In this document: piece by piece, positions 1 through 11,263 of the stretch
How the letters are laid out: every line of letters starts with the position of its first letter
Position numbering within the stretch: the first letter of the stretch is position 1
Source of the DNA: Amoeboradix gromovi X-113
Taxonomy: Eukaryota; Fungi; Sanchytriomycota
DNA: 32,000 nt
Assembly (NCBI GenBank): GCA_018985225.1
Contig: JADGIF010000026.1
Location: 1,951-33,950, forward strand
Reading direction: 5' to 3'
Program-made: the position numbers and the translations under genes
Notes under the pieces: model-generated
The model's input: only the letters and a program-made list of their open reading frames with translations
Told to the model about the DNA's origin: nothing
The model's database searches: none

Positions 1-2
1 TA

Positions 3-248
3 TTTCGTCAGATAATGAGTGATTTTGAGCTCTCTCAGCAATTGCACTACAATGTTGAACTGGATTTGAATATTTCTGGCTTGATAACGAAAACGATTAG
101 AGTAATATGTCAACCAGACGATGCCATGGACTTGCTGACAACTGTTAAATTCACATCAATTGAGTTAACCAACAATAAGCAAGACTACGTAAATGCACAT
201 CAGGCGCAATACCTAGTTAAAAGGCTAATGGATGCACTGGAAGAATAA
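3..248 (+). CDS. 3' end of an unidentified protein-coding gene running in from the left edge (partial)
   Basis: The frame is open from position 3 (FRQIMSDFEL...) to TAA at 246-248, with AATAAA overlapping the stop as in other genes here. Product not recognised. Confidence 0.5.
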   Translation, partial: FRQIMSDFELSQQLHYNVELDLNISGLITKTIRVICQPDDAMDLLTTVKFTSIELTNNKQDYVNAHQAQYLVKRLMDALEE

Positions 249-279
249 AATACTAATGCTACTGTGTTTATTTGCTCTT

Positions 280-2228
280 TTAGTCATATCTTCGCTTGTG
301 CGCCTCATTGTTTACATACCAAGTGCTAGCAAAGTATCCTAACAACAATATCAGCATTCCAATTTGTACGCTATTTCTATCAAATGAGTCAGGTATTTCA
401 TCAAAGCTGCCACTCGGGTGTGTCTTTGTATAAAACAGATCACCACCATGTGCAATAATATGAGACTGCGATTCCCTTGCTGCACTGTTGCTGTTTATAA
501 ACCTAATTCCAAAAAGCCTCTTCGAATTGAGTGCATTAGCAGAAGAATAATAAAACGCATCTGGCTCATTAGGCTTATAGCTAGATAAATCTACCATTGC
601 TTTCTGTATTTTAGTCAATAAACCAGTATAACAAGAATAAACTAAATTAAGAATGGAATACCTATAATGTCTCGATAAGCAACACCAAGAGTAGTTTGAG
701 TAACTGTACTGGCGCTAAATGGACCTTTGTCGATGATTGTCTGCCTCATTTTCACCTTTGGAGATTCAATTGTATCATAAGACCAATTTAACGGCGGAGT
801 ACTTGCAAATATCATCTCGTAAACAACTCCAACAGACTGAATATTATTCAGCATATAAGTAACGTACACAAAGTTCTCCGACATTGTGATTGTGAACGGT
901 TTAAACGCATTATTTAAAACACCATAAATATATGATCTGCCGTTTATAGCATCGATGCCCCAAACAGCCAAGATAGAATCTTTAGCATTGTACCATAGAT
1001 ATGCTTTTAAATTAGGTGCAAACTTTATTTCATCGCCAATAACATATTTGGCCACATTTTCTAAAGGTTTATTAACGGAACCAACTAGAACGAAATCCTT
1101 TGGAATTGGTATCTTGTATTTAGATTTCCATTCTCCGCTCTGTAGTTCTAGACCGTGGATCATCGAATCGTTGGTCAGTACCTTATGGCCAACCACTGGT
1201 GACTTAATGATTTGAGGCTTATTCTTGTTTTTAATTACATTTGTGTTAAACAATATTGTATCCATGACCAAAGAATCTTTAAATGTACTGAATTTAATTA
1301 AAGTGGGGCTACTATTGATCAGTCCGCTGATGTAAACAAAACTGTCAATGTAGTACAACTTTTTGGATTTAAATAATTCTAACCCTTTGATGTCGAATAA
1401 CATAATCTTTCTATTAAGAGTGCCATTTTGATTCACTATATAAAGAGAAGGATCCGTAGGACCACTCAATACCAGTAGCAACTCAAGGTTCTTTGGTTTA
1501 ATTGTTTCCTCAAAAGATAACTGATTCAATAAAATCCTTAAATGAGTGGTGTATCTATCAATCAGAGCTGAAAATATATCCTCGTGCTCTATTCTATTCT
1601 TCATTTGTTTAACCGCAGGCTGTTCAAAATAAAGAGCATCAATAGATCTTGTCATTCCTTGTTCAATAATCCACTCAACAGCACCCTGATTGTTTACGTA
1701 GCTCATAGCTCCACATTGTTTAATTGCCAAGTATCCGTTAGAGAGCTGAAAGGCTTTTTTAATTTCACAGTGAGATTTGATTTTGACATTGCCAAACTGG
1801 TAGCCATGTGTAAGCGATTCTATTTTTAAAGGGCTAGGTTTCGCAGAAAATTGTAAACCGGATGCAGAGGAGCAAGAGCTAGTGCAAATATATTGGGATT
1901 TAGATATCTGAATTGACAATTTGTTTTCGATAGTTTGGACCATCAAGTCAAGACAACCGTTTTTGACAGGAATTGTGTATGGACTAGAGTCCACACCAGA
2001 GCCTAGGGTGACAAAATTTGGGGTACCGATCGCCCATGAGCCATCTCTGTTGATTGAAGAACTACATGCATCATGTACATGTTGACGGTTAACAAGATTA
2101 CCTAGTTCATCATACCATGCTACCATATTAAGATGTGATCTAAGCAGTATTAGTTTCTGAACTTGAACTGCATCTTCTGGGACACCCGCTAATTGTATTG
2201 TTAAACTAAAAGCAAATGATAGGAGCAT
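280..2228 (-). CDS. EMC1: ER membrane protein complex subunit 1-like; exons 2228-662 and 641-280
   Basis: Hydrophobic N-terminus from ATG 2228. EMC1 C-terminal-type motifs: ITMSENFVYVTY, VTQTTLGVAYRDII, AHGGDLFYTKTHPSGSFDEIPDSFD, then one TM helix. The 543-aa and 112-aa ORFs join in frame after removing intron 642-661. Confidence 0.75.
642..661 (-). other. 20-nt GT-AG spliceosomal intron in EMC1 (GTATTCCATTCTTAATTTAG)
   Basis: Removal gives ...ATA G|TT TAT TCT... = RDIIVYSCYTGLLTKIQ, in frame with ORF 280-618. Confidence 0.85.
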
Positions 2229-2544
2229 GTTTAAAAAAATAGATATTAAAAATAACTGAAGAGGCGCTGACAAGTAGAAGAGGAATAGCCAAAAAGAATA
2301 ACTTTTATCTTACATAATATGCTAGAGCTGTTCCATGAAAAGTATTTTGGTGTGTTAAAGGGATGACAAGAGTGAAAGAGTTGAATAATTAGGCAAAAAA
2401 TATCCCTTAAAAAGGTTAAAAAAATATAATGTATACACTTTATCAGACTACTTTACAATCACTAGATCATCGCTAGACTCAAATAATACAGAAAGTTGAT
2501 TGATGCATAAAGAACTCTGCTGGGAAAGATTTGGCTATGGGCAT

Positions 2545-3219
2545 GAAAGATAATCATAGCTAGACTCCGGAATTTAGAAAATCAAAGGGTGGCTCTATAT
2601 TTCACTGACATGATAGAAAGAATTAGGGCTTCCAACTATACCATGAGGTTTAAGGTTGTGCCAAAGTGCCTCTGTGATGTAGCTGAGGGTCTGAACGTGA
2701 ATGCGTACGAGGAAAAGCTTCAAGTCATTGAGAGTATAGTGAGTAGCGTAGAAAGACCGCTGGCGTGAAAGTGAAAAAGACAAAAAATAAACAAGTCTCA
2801 ATATCATAGCACTTCTTTTTATTCGTGCTGCTATTTTGTCACCATTCAAAACTTTGCAGATCTACGACTTGGAGCAATTTTTTCGCATCAGAATATGCGA
2901 AATGAAAAGAACTCAAATTTCGTTAGAGTTGCGACCATTCAAAAACAATATGATGTGTCCAACACTTGTAGTAGCTGCAATCGTTGCGTCAATTGTCAGC
3001 AATGCGGTCACCAAGACCATAGAGATATCAATCCAGGTACTTCAAAATAATGTAGGCAAGAACATGCTCAAATGGTATCTCCCCAAGTTGTCTAGACTTG
3101 AGAAGTGTGGGTTTGAAATCTTCATGATTTTCGAATTCTTCACATTTAACGTAGGCGAACCGGCAAACAAGAGAATTTGGTACCGAATTTTCACCATAAT
3201 AATAGGTGATAAACCTTGA
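2545..3219 (+). pseudogene. Degenerate Fanzor/TnpB-like nuclease relic (element E) containing a 19-nt intron
   Basis: RuvC-I-like LDSGI at 2560. Open frame 2775-3036 with zinc ribbon SNTCSSC..VNCQQCGHQDHRDINP. Splicing 3037-3055 yields HRDINPGKNML (cf. DRDxNAAxNIL). Stops and frameshifts upstream. Confidence 0.7.
3037..3055 (+). other. 19-nt GT-AG intron within the Fanzor relic (GTACTTCAAAATAATGTAG)
   Basis: Same length and TAAY-N-TAG geometry as the host introns. Removal deletes the in-frame TAA at 3048 and restores the RuvC-III motif. Confidence 0.7.
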
Positions 3220-3287
3220 AATTGATACTTGCTGGTTCTAACTTTTTGAGACAGTTGTTTAAAGATTAAATCTAGCTTTTGTAGAGC

Positions 3288-6200
3288 ATGTTGAGTGTGG
3301 CTTATCTAAAACTTCAAATGACCGATCAAGTAAATTTTTGGGAACTTTCCCAAATCGAATTAGAGGATCAGTTAGCACCATCAGAAATACCATGTGAGCC
3401 CTTGACTATTGAACGTGTTCGTAGGGAAGAAGAGCATGAGCTAGACATTTTTAAAAGTGAAGTAAATGGAGAATATCAGCTTATTTTAAGTTTGAGAAAG
3501 TTATATCAACTAGGCTTGCCTTTCAGAGCATTTTTATACGCGTACAGATGTAGCGCATTAAGTGTTCCCCAAGTTAAATCGCACGATCAAGAAAACAAAG
3601 GAGACTTGTACCAAGTAACTTATGAAGTACTGAAGCCTCAAGTTGAAGAAATGAAAAAATTTATGCGATTTTGTTTAACAGTGGTGTCTACCCTAAAGGA
3701 AGTTATCGAGAAGTCAACTAAAATGGATTCCTCACCAGATTTACTGAAAGAAATTGGGGTCTGCTTGGATATGGTTTTAAGCTTGGACTGTTTAAAAAAC
3801 ATGAAGGCATCATTAAACAATGATTTTTCCCTGTACAAGAGATGTCTTTCTAATCTTGGTCCTATGGTAGGACAAGAAGAAATGATGGAAAACAATCAGC
3901 TGTATTTTTTCCTAGGTAATAAGGACTCCTTTATGCTGGCGCTAAAAGAAGAGATTTTTAAAATACCCGGTTTTGAAGACGTTGTCATGGATGTTGCTAA
4001 CATTCAAGTTGAAAACTTAGAAAAGGGAATGTATTTATCACCAAGTGAAAAGTATGTGTTATTAAGATCCATTATTGCTGCAACTGTCATTGTTCACACT
4101 GACAGAAAAGAGAATGCTAAAGATTTTGCACTCAAGGTAAAAAGATTAAAAGCTGAGAAAATATTTAGGGAACTACGAGTTAATCAATTTATTCCTTTAT
4201 TTGGAGAAATGACATTGCAGACTTCATTACTTTTTAAAAAAACATTAATTGCTGACCAATTCAAAGAAACTATTGTTGACAACAACATAAATTTACTCAG
4301 TCAACTTGAAAAGACACAATCCGATTTCCAAAATATTGCAATGAAATTGAAGATTTTTATGAATGTTTATGACCATACAACAGCTGCCTCCACTCTTAAC
4401 GCAGAAACTGTCAGAAATATGTCCAACACCATGGTAGAAGGCCTAAAATTAGTCGTGGAATGGAATTCTGTTATTTTAGAACATAATGCATCTAAAATTG
4501 TAAATCCCGCAGACCCCGAGAAGAAACAATGCCCTCCAGATGCCAAGGAGTACGAAAGAGCGGTAAGATACAATTATAGTGATGCAGAAAAGGAAACTTT
4601 AATTCACTACATTTATATGGTGAAAACGCTGAGCCAACTATTAAGTGAGGTCGAGTTAAAATATTCTGACGTAATTCGTAAAACCGTCTATATAACATAT
4701 CAAGAATTCACTAGAAATACCGTGGATGGCTTAATTTCATTTGCTCAAAAAAAGAAGAAACAATATGCAAATATTTTGTTAAGCATACAGAACTTGGGAA
4801 GCGACATACTAAATCGAGGGCAGGCATACAGAACTGTAGGTCCTAGTAATACTCAAGTAGTATTAACTCGCATGTTGGTACATAGATGTTTGACAGAGAA
4901 CAATAAAGTTCAAGGTGGTCTTTTTACCAAAAATTCTAATTTTTCAGATCTTCAAATGGAAGAGATTGAAGCCTTTATTGATGCCTCTTATTATTTTGAA
5001 GCCATGCTGGATTATAAACATCATTTAAGATCGGCTTCTGACTTATCAGCATTGTGGTTCAAAGAATTTTACTTGGAATTAAGCAAAGAGGTGCAATTCC
5101 CGATAGAGTGCTCTCTGCCTTGGATTTTAATGAACTTTATGCTAAATCATCCGTCCCCTGAATATACAGAGTTCCTTCTGGTCCCCTTTTCTATTTACAA
5201 TGATGCGGCCCATGAAGCACTATATAATTTGAACCTAAGCTACTTATTTGATGAGGTTGAAGCAGAAGCTAATCTAGTGTTTGACCAGTTAATATTTAAA
5301 TACTCGGAAATGGTCTTTTCCCATTTTAAAACTAGATCTACCAGAATGTTAATTGAACAAGAAATCGAGTCTTTAGATAAGCAAAAGCAGCAATCTGCTA
5401 ATAAGAGGTCACTGGATCAAGCAGATTTGAAAGCATTTCATAGTTTGCACGAGTCTATCTTAAAACAAAACAGATTTTATTTATTAGGTCGATTCATTGA
5501 TATCAGAAGAGTGATGGGACAATGCATGAATCAGTATTTTAGGAAAGCATTAGAAGTAGCCATTAATAGATACGAGTCAAGTGACCTGACATTCGCAGTG
5601 CAACTAGGGTTCTTAATCAGATCCAACAAACTAGCTCATAGGCTAGCATCGGAAATACTTCCAATTGATTCATTTGATGACATGTTGAAAGAAGTTGACG
5701 AGAGTACTGTTTTAGGTAGCATGGGTGGTAGATTGTTGTCCCATACATTTGCTGAAATAGTTAATGACATAATGCCGAATTATTGCTTCAGTACCGTTAC
5801 AGAGAGATTTGTGAAATCAATTATGACCAAAAACAAGCAAAGACCTAGTGCCAAGGCGCCTGTCATATACTTATTTGGTACCAAAGCATTAAATTTATAT
5901 GTTAACAAGCAATTTGCTGGATACAAAGGATTTTTAGGTGGATCACCGCATTTTGCAGCTATTTCGAGGATTATAGGTAAACGTCAAACTATTTCATTAA
6001 TTTCAGAGGTGGGAAACGTTGTTGTGCAGATTATCGAATCACACATAACTCCGTACATGAAAATATTAATCAAAGGCTTCCCACAGATTAAACTACCTTC
6101 AGTGGAATACAAGACACAAGGTGTTTATCAATTTTTTATTTCAGCGCTGGCCCCGTTATTAAAATACCAGGATTTACCATTAGTTATGAGCGCGTTTAAA

Positions 6201-6966
6201 GAGATAGGTAATGGCATTATATGCTGCAAGTTACTAGAAGAATGTTTGGTATTTTTTGTTAATCTAGGCCGTTGATTCTGTGCTTAAGGGTTTGGTTAAC
6301 TTTGATAAAATCGATTCTACAAAATTAAGCTTTGGTAATGAGATTTCGATGAGTCCTAAAGATATTGATGAGATAGCTATTTCCTCACTAAAAGGTGCAA
6401 ACAGTTTAAGTTTGAGTGCTAAGCGTCTAAGCATATTGACCAGTAAGCAAAAGTTATCAGTTTTGCCAACAGTTTTTATTAAAGTAAAGGGCGCAATCGA
6501 GCAAGCAGCATTGGAGTGTAGCTCGCTATTGATAAAAACTGCGGGAATGACAAAGTTCGATATTCCGAATGATTTTGCTCACATTTGGTGCTTTGTAGAA
6601 TTCGTTTACGCGTTGCCAGCGATTGGGCAGACAATGGCACATCGACAGATTAGCGGAGATGGCGTGGTGTGGGCTGGGTGCACGTTAATGAAACTGCTAG
6701 GGTATTCTGAAAAACATGCCATTTGCTCTTTTTTGACACATTTATCATATACAAGAAGTATAGAAATACACAAGGATGAGATCTCGCAGCTACCGGATGA
6801 GACAGACGGTGTAGTAAGTATGAGCAATTATGTTAAGAACATAAATGATGAAATTTACAGATTCCTAGATCTAAATATCGAGGAACCAGAAATTAAAGGA
6901 AACGTGTATCCATTGCCGGAAAAGCGCAATTTTGATCAAGTAGTTGATAAGGTAAATAAACAGTAA
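3288..6966 (+). CDS. CYFIP: CYFIP/Sra1/PIR121 (WAVE regulatory complex subunit); exons 3288-6248 and 6268-6966; start may be ATG 3318
   Basis: Family motifs LKNMKASLNNDFSLYKR, CPPDAKEYERAVRYNYS, DLSALWFKEFYLEL, QFPIECSLPWIL, LFDEVEAEANLVFDQ, GDGVVWAGCTLMKLLG. The two ORFs join in frame via intron 6249-6267. Confidence 0.93.
6249..6267 (+). other. 19-nt GT-AG intron in CYFIP (GTATTTTTTGTTAATCTAG)
   Basis: Phase-0 intron; removal gives LEECL|AVDSVLKG, in frame with ORF 6280-6966. Confidence 0.9.
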
Positions 6967-7186
6967 TTTTTAACTTCAAGTCAATCAGTAAAGAAAGTTA
7001 GCTTGCTCGTGCCACTTGCGATAATTACGGCTTTGCACAATACAGCGCATCAATACTTTTATAGGCTTGCTGGATTTATACATTGTTTCCATCCGAGGAT
7101 TTGAAATGGCTTTATTATCCAACGAAATTACAAAGCATCCCGGAGTTTAGCCAATTGAATATTAAAAAACAATCATAAAAAGACGC

Positions 7187-7490
7187 GTGCTAGATTCCGC
7201 ATTGCTGCTGTTTCTTACATGCGTGTTTTCTGTCTCAATTGATTGCTCAAATGTGATCAAGTTTGTAGAAGGAATGCGTCTTGATGTGAAGCAACCAAGT
7301 ATAACGAGTGCTATAAATACAGACTGCTGTGGGATCGGGAAGTTAGTGGGGTGTAACCAAAATATACTGGAATACCTTGGCTTTCAATGGAGTCTTGAAT
7401 AGCACGCAATTGGCATTTATGACCATGATTAATTCTTTAATTGTCAACTACGATCAAATAACTGGCGCGTTCCATTTAGAAGGCACTTGA
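7187..7490 (+). pseudogene. Frameshifted relic of a secreted leucine-rich-repeat protein with a Cys-containing N-cap
   Basis: Signal-peptide-like start and DC...DCC...GC cap. In a shifted frame it continues WNTLAFNGVLNSTQL...LIVNYDQITGAF (LxxNxITG, LRR-like). No ATG; early stop at 7488. Confidence 0.5.
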
Positions 7491-7988
7491 AGATACACGC
7501 AAGAGAATCTAATGATCAACAAATAATGTCGTCGTTCTAAGTCAGTAAATTCTATTAACCTAAAGTAATCACGCTTGCCAATGTACGCATAACTTCAGCT
7601 TCTCTGAGAAAATGATGCCTTCACCTCATGAATTTTGTTTGACAAACATCACTCCTCTTTGGCTATATCCACTATGGCTACCTGTGAAAAGTCTTAATTA
7701 CCAGAAATTATGAAATTTCCAAAGAGAAATGCAAAACATCCTATAATTATTATTAATGTTCTAAAAACGCAGCGCCGAATGTATCTCTATTTGGGCCACT
7801 ACAAAAATAAGTAGTAAAGTAACCAAATATCACAAAATGCAGAGCCAGCAGTTAGAAAACAAGAAATCAATGCGGACCATCAGTATAACCACAACTGAAG
7901 GTCTGAAAAAATTGATTTAGTTTTGCTATATTATATTCTCAAGTACATGTAGAGCTCAATTCATATTCTACATAGTTTATTTATTTTA

Positions 7989-10694
7989 CTATAACAAGTA
8001 ATCCATTACATGCATGTAATACAATTGCTTATCTTCGTTCTCTATTTTTGGATAATAGGGTACCATACTGTCCTGCCCGCTTATGTATATGCCATTGTAT
8101 ATCTTCCAGTACACCTGTCTAACTCTTCTCGCAGGATGAAATAGACCTTGCAATAAATATTGCAATATCAGTCCGGAACCAAGTGACAAGCTAAGCGCTT
8201 CTATGGCCTCAAACACACTTTCCAAGACATGACTTGATTCGAATAGGTTGGGCCATGTTAGATTCAACATATGTATCAATTGCTCGTCTAACCCGCAGCC
8301 ATAAACATTGCTAGCTAGATTCTTAATTATCTGGCACCCGATTTGCCTATGAATTACATCTCTATCAACCAGTGCATCTTCGATTAATGTAGTAGCCACA
8401 TTGGTGTAATCAATTGCATCTGGGCCTATGTACTCAAATATATATGAAATGCTTTTTAATACTCCATTTTGTACATTAACCTCAGGGTACCTATACTCGT
8501 TCAACAGCTGTGCTAGTATAGTATATGCTCCACACTTTTGTGCTATGATACCTATACTTACCGCTGTACATAGTCGTATTTGCCGTTCCTGAACTTTTAG
8601 GTTATTTATTAACGTAGCTAATACTTCTTGTGGCCCGATAGCCTGAGCAATGCATCCCAGACACACTGTACTTGCCTTGCGAATACCCTTTCTTTGTGCT
8701 CTCATTAATTCCACAAGCTCAAATGATATTCTAATCCATTCTCTTGGGTTTATATGATCCGCACCATGTTCTGCTATGTATCCTACTAGAGATATGCAAT
8801 TCTCCTGTACCTGCTCATGCCTATTTCTCAATATAGGAGTTAGCCTAGGCAATAGATCTTTAATTGGTGGAGTCATTGTGTCCATTCCAATGGCAACCAC
8901 TACGCTGTTTAGCCCAGCTATAATGCTAGCAAGAGTATCTGGATACTCCTCGCCTAGATATTCATACAAGACCACACCAAGGTTGTTTAGTTGCTTTAAT
9001 TCATTGCAATCTTTTAACACCATAGTTATCTTAGATATCAATTCAGCAGTCAATTGCCTTACTTTAGGGGTCTTTGAATTCAGTCTAAACAATATGGTGC
9101 TCATTATTTGCTCAATATATGGCTTAGCATTCAAACGTAAATGTTCCAGAAAAGTGCTAAAAGCATTTAAAGTAACCGGCTCATCCATAGACTGATGTTG
9201 AAAAGCGTACAGAAGACCGTCTACTATCTCCTGCTGCAATCTCAAGTCTAATTCATCGACTGATTGGATTTCGATCAGTTTTAGTAAACATTCGCACGAC
9301 ATCTTTCTTAAAGGTTCACTTTCATCCTTCAGATTAAATTTTAAATGGCTCAGTATCTCTGATGACTTCAACTTGCTAGCTAGAGCTACAGTAGCATCAA
9401 TTATTGGTTTGACCATCCTTCTATCCAATGCCATTCTCCTATTCCAAAACGACTCCAGGAAAGGGTTCAATATTGTGGGTTCCATTTTTATCTCACTCTG
9501 ACAGCATTTACATAGTACCAGTAATATAGTCCTTTTGACATCTGCATCAAAGGATCCAAATTCGCGAACTAGTAATGGAATAATCTGACGAGTGTAATAA
9601 CTGGCATCTTCAGTATCCATTAATGGTATAATACATCCAACTGCTTTTAGTGCTGCCACCAATGCTTTACCACGATGTTGCTTAACATTCTTCCATAAGT
9701 TAAGTACTATTGGTTCAAATTTCTCTATTCCATAAGGATGGCAAGATTCAGCCAAAGCGCTAATAGCCAGGAATGTTATAGTTCGTACCTGAATATTTTT
9801 ATCATCTAATCTGTCTTTCAACGCATCAATAAAGTATCCCAACTGAGGTAGCAAGGATATACCCAGCCTCTGAGCGCTAAAATACAATGTACGCACACCT
9901 GTATGTCTCTCATCTGGATTTTCGCTCGCGCAAATGGCTTTCACAAATGGCATAACAGAACTGATACCAACAGTAGATAAAATAACACTTAGCGCTTTTG
10001 AACAGCATTGGCGCATGAATTCGTCTTCGTTAGCCGTGTCCTGCTTAAGTCTGTTTAATAAAATGAACGCACCAACAGCCTTGGTCAAGTTGCCAAACAG
10101 TTGAAAACCAAATCTACGAGTCATGTAATCTTCACTCACCAATAATGGCAATATGATAACCAACAGCTCATTGACATACAGTCTAAGTTTATCGCCGTGT
10201 TTAATCATCATCTTGTCTATCAGTTTCAATATCGCTAATCGTTCACTATCACTAAGTTGTTCCTGAATCATTAAAGTCAGAAGGTTTTTCATGACAAGAT
10301 CTAAATCAGCAAATTCCAAATGTCTAGATGCAGTCTTACGTTGATACTGTTGGCCTTTTACTAGGTGCAAAAGATGGTAAGCGACTTTTTTTTGCTTCAA
10401 CTCTGCCGTGGATAAAACTTCATCCGGTTGCTTCAATAATGGGAACAGCTGCAAATAGGGTTTCGTAAGTTGCTCTTCTTGTAAATCAACAACAGGTGCC
10501 GAAAATGTTAATTGATTATATACAATAGCGTAACCTTGAGACGGCAAAATAGAATCAATATGAGCTAGGACGTAATCTACATCATTGCCAACTAATTGTG
10601 GTGGACTGTTATCTTGAATATCCCATCTTGATTTGCGTTTAACTTGAGCTGGTTGAATATTTTCTGTATTTCTAGCTCTATCCCAGCGGCTCAT
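7989..10694 (-). CDS. SF3B1: Splicing factor 3B subunit 1 (SF3B1/Hsh155), about 901 aa from ATG 10694
   Basis: Two SRWD ULM motifs; HEAT-repeat motifs RHTG, PYGIEKF, LYEYLGEEYPDTL, PPIKDLLPRLTPILRNRHEQVQENCI, LQGLFHPARRVR. Confidence 0.96.
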   Translation of the reverse strand: MSRWDRARNTENIQPAQVKRKSRWDIQDNSPPQLVGNDVDYVLAHIDSILPSQGYAIVYNQLTFSAPVVDLQEEQLTKPYLQLFPLLKQPDEVLSTAELKQKKVAYHLLHLVKGQQYQRKTASRHLEFADLDLVMKNLLTLMIQEQLSDSERLAILKLIDKMMIKHGDKLRLYVNELLVIILPLLVSEDYMTRRFGFQLFGNLTKAVGAFILLNRLKQDTANEDEFMRQCCSKALSVILSTVGISSVMPFVKAICASENPDERHTGVRTLYFSAQRLGISLLPQLGYFIDALKDRLDDKNIQVRTITFLAISALAESCHPYGIEKFEPIVLNLWKNVKQHRGKALVAALKAVGCIIPLMDTEDASYYTRQIIPLLVREFGSFDADVKRTILLVLCKCCQSEIKMEPTILNPFLESFWNRRMALDRRMVKPIIDATVALASKLKSSEILSHLKFNLKDESEPLRKMSCECLLKLIEIQSVDELDLRLQQEIVDGLLYAFQHQSMDEPVTLNAFSTFLEHLRLNAKPYIEQIMSTILFRLNSKTPKVRQLTAELISKITMVLKDCNELKQLNNLGVVLYEYLGEEYPDTLASIIAGLNSVVVAIGMDTMTPPIKDLLPRLTPILRNRHEQVQENCISLVGYIAEHGADHINPREWIRISFELVELMRAQRKGIRKASTVCLGCIAQAIGPQEVLATLINNLKVQERQIRLCTAVSIGIIAQKCGAYTILAQLLNEYRYPEVNVQNGVLKSISYIFEYIGPDAIDYTNVATTLIEDALVDRDVIHRQIGCQIIKNLASNVYGCGLDEQLIHMLNLTWPNLFESSHVLESVFEAIEALSLSLGSGLILQYLLQGLFHPARRVRQVYWKIYNGIYISGQDSMVPYYPKIENEDKQLYYMHVMDYLL

Positions 10695-10804
10695 GTGACG
10701 GAGAGATTTCAAAAATATTAAAACAAATTTAAACACCAACAAAATCATTGCAATTAAAAAAGAGTTGCTTACTAGTTTTCAGCAAGAGCACCAGAAATGA
10801 GTAT

Positions 10805-11228
10805 ATCATCGTTAAAATTTATGATTTCCGAGAAAACCAAGAATTTTAACAAAGAAACTGAACGCCACTCGATTTGCTATGGTGATAGCTCATGCCTCTA
10901 CTCCATTCAGCCGGGACTTGATAAGAATGCATATAAGTGCATCTTCCTTGCCGCTATAGCCTCTATCTACTTTCGGATGACAGTTTGTGATGTGTATGTC
11001 TTCAGGTTTATTTTCTTCAGAGTACTGCGTATGATGCACCTCTGTGTGGTTAATGCAGTAGAGTATTTACTCCAATGCAGTTCCTCCTTATGTGCACTTC
11101 CACTGCATTTTTAGACAATTATCGGAATTCACTCCTTTGTACAGTAAGACAAATCTAGAAAGAGATTACATTGGAACTTTTTATCTCATTTGATCAAAAT
11201 AAATGGTTTATTTAATTAAATTCGATAG
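10805..11228 (-). mobile_element. Degenerate non-autonomous Fanzor2-derived element (copy D)
   Basis: Minus strand reads TTQRCIIRSTLKKINLKTY..TNCHPKVDR, matching copy A TSQTCTRCGTLKKTNLQSYSCTKCHLQIDR. Identical TTTTCTCGGAAATCA near the right end. Left end CAG|15 nt|AAATAAACCATTTAT. Confidence 0.75.
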
Positions 11229-11263
11229 CTGTGTTCAAAACTGAATCAAGGGAGTAACTTCAA

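Noticed and set aside
2595-3036. ORFs 2595-2849 (-) and the N-terminal part of 2836-3219 (+) as genes
   Set aside because: Off-frame or antisense to the Fanzor relic. Only the part after 3056 is in the relevant frame.
10500-10523. Intron-like GTATATAATCAATTAACATTTTCG in SF3B1
   Set aside because: Has GTAT and TTAAC but no terminal AG, and the frame is open without splicing. RNA data would be needed.
10797-11114. 105-aa + strand ORF
   Set aside because: Antisense to Fanzor relic copy D, with no recognisable product.
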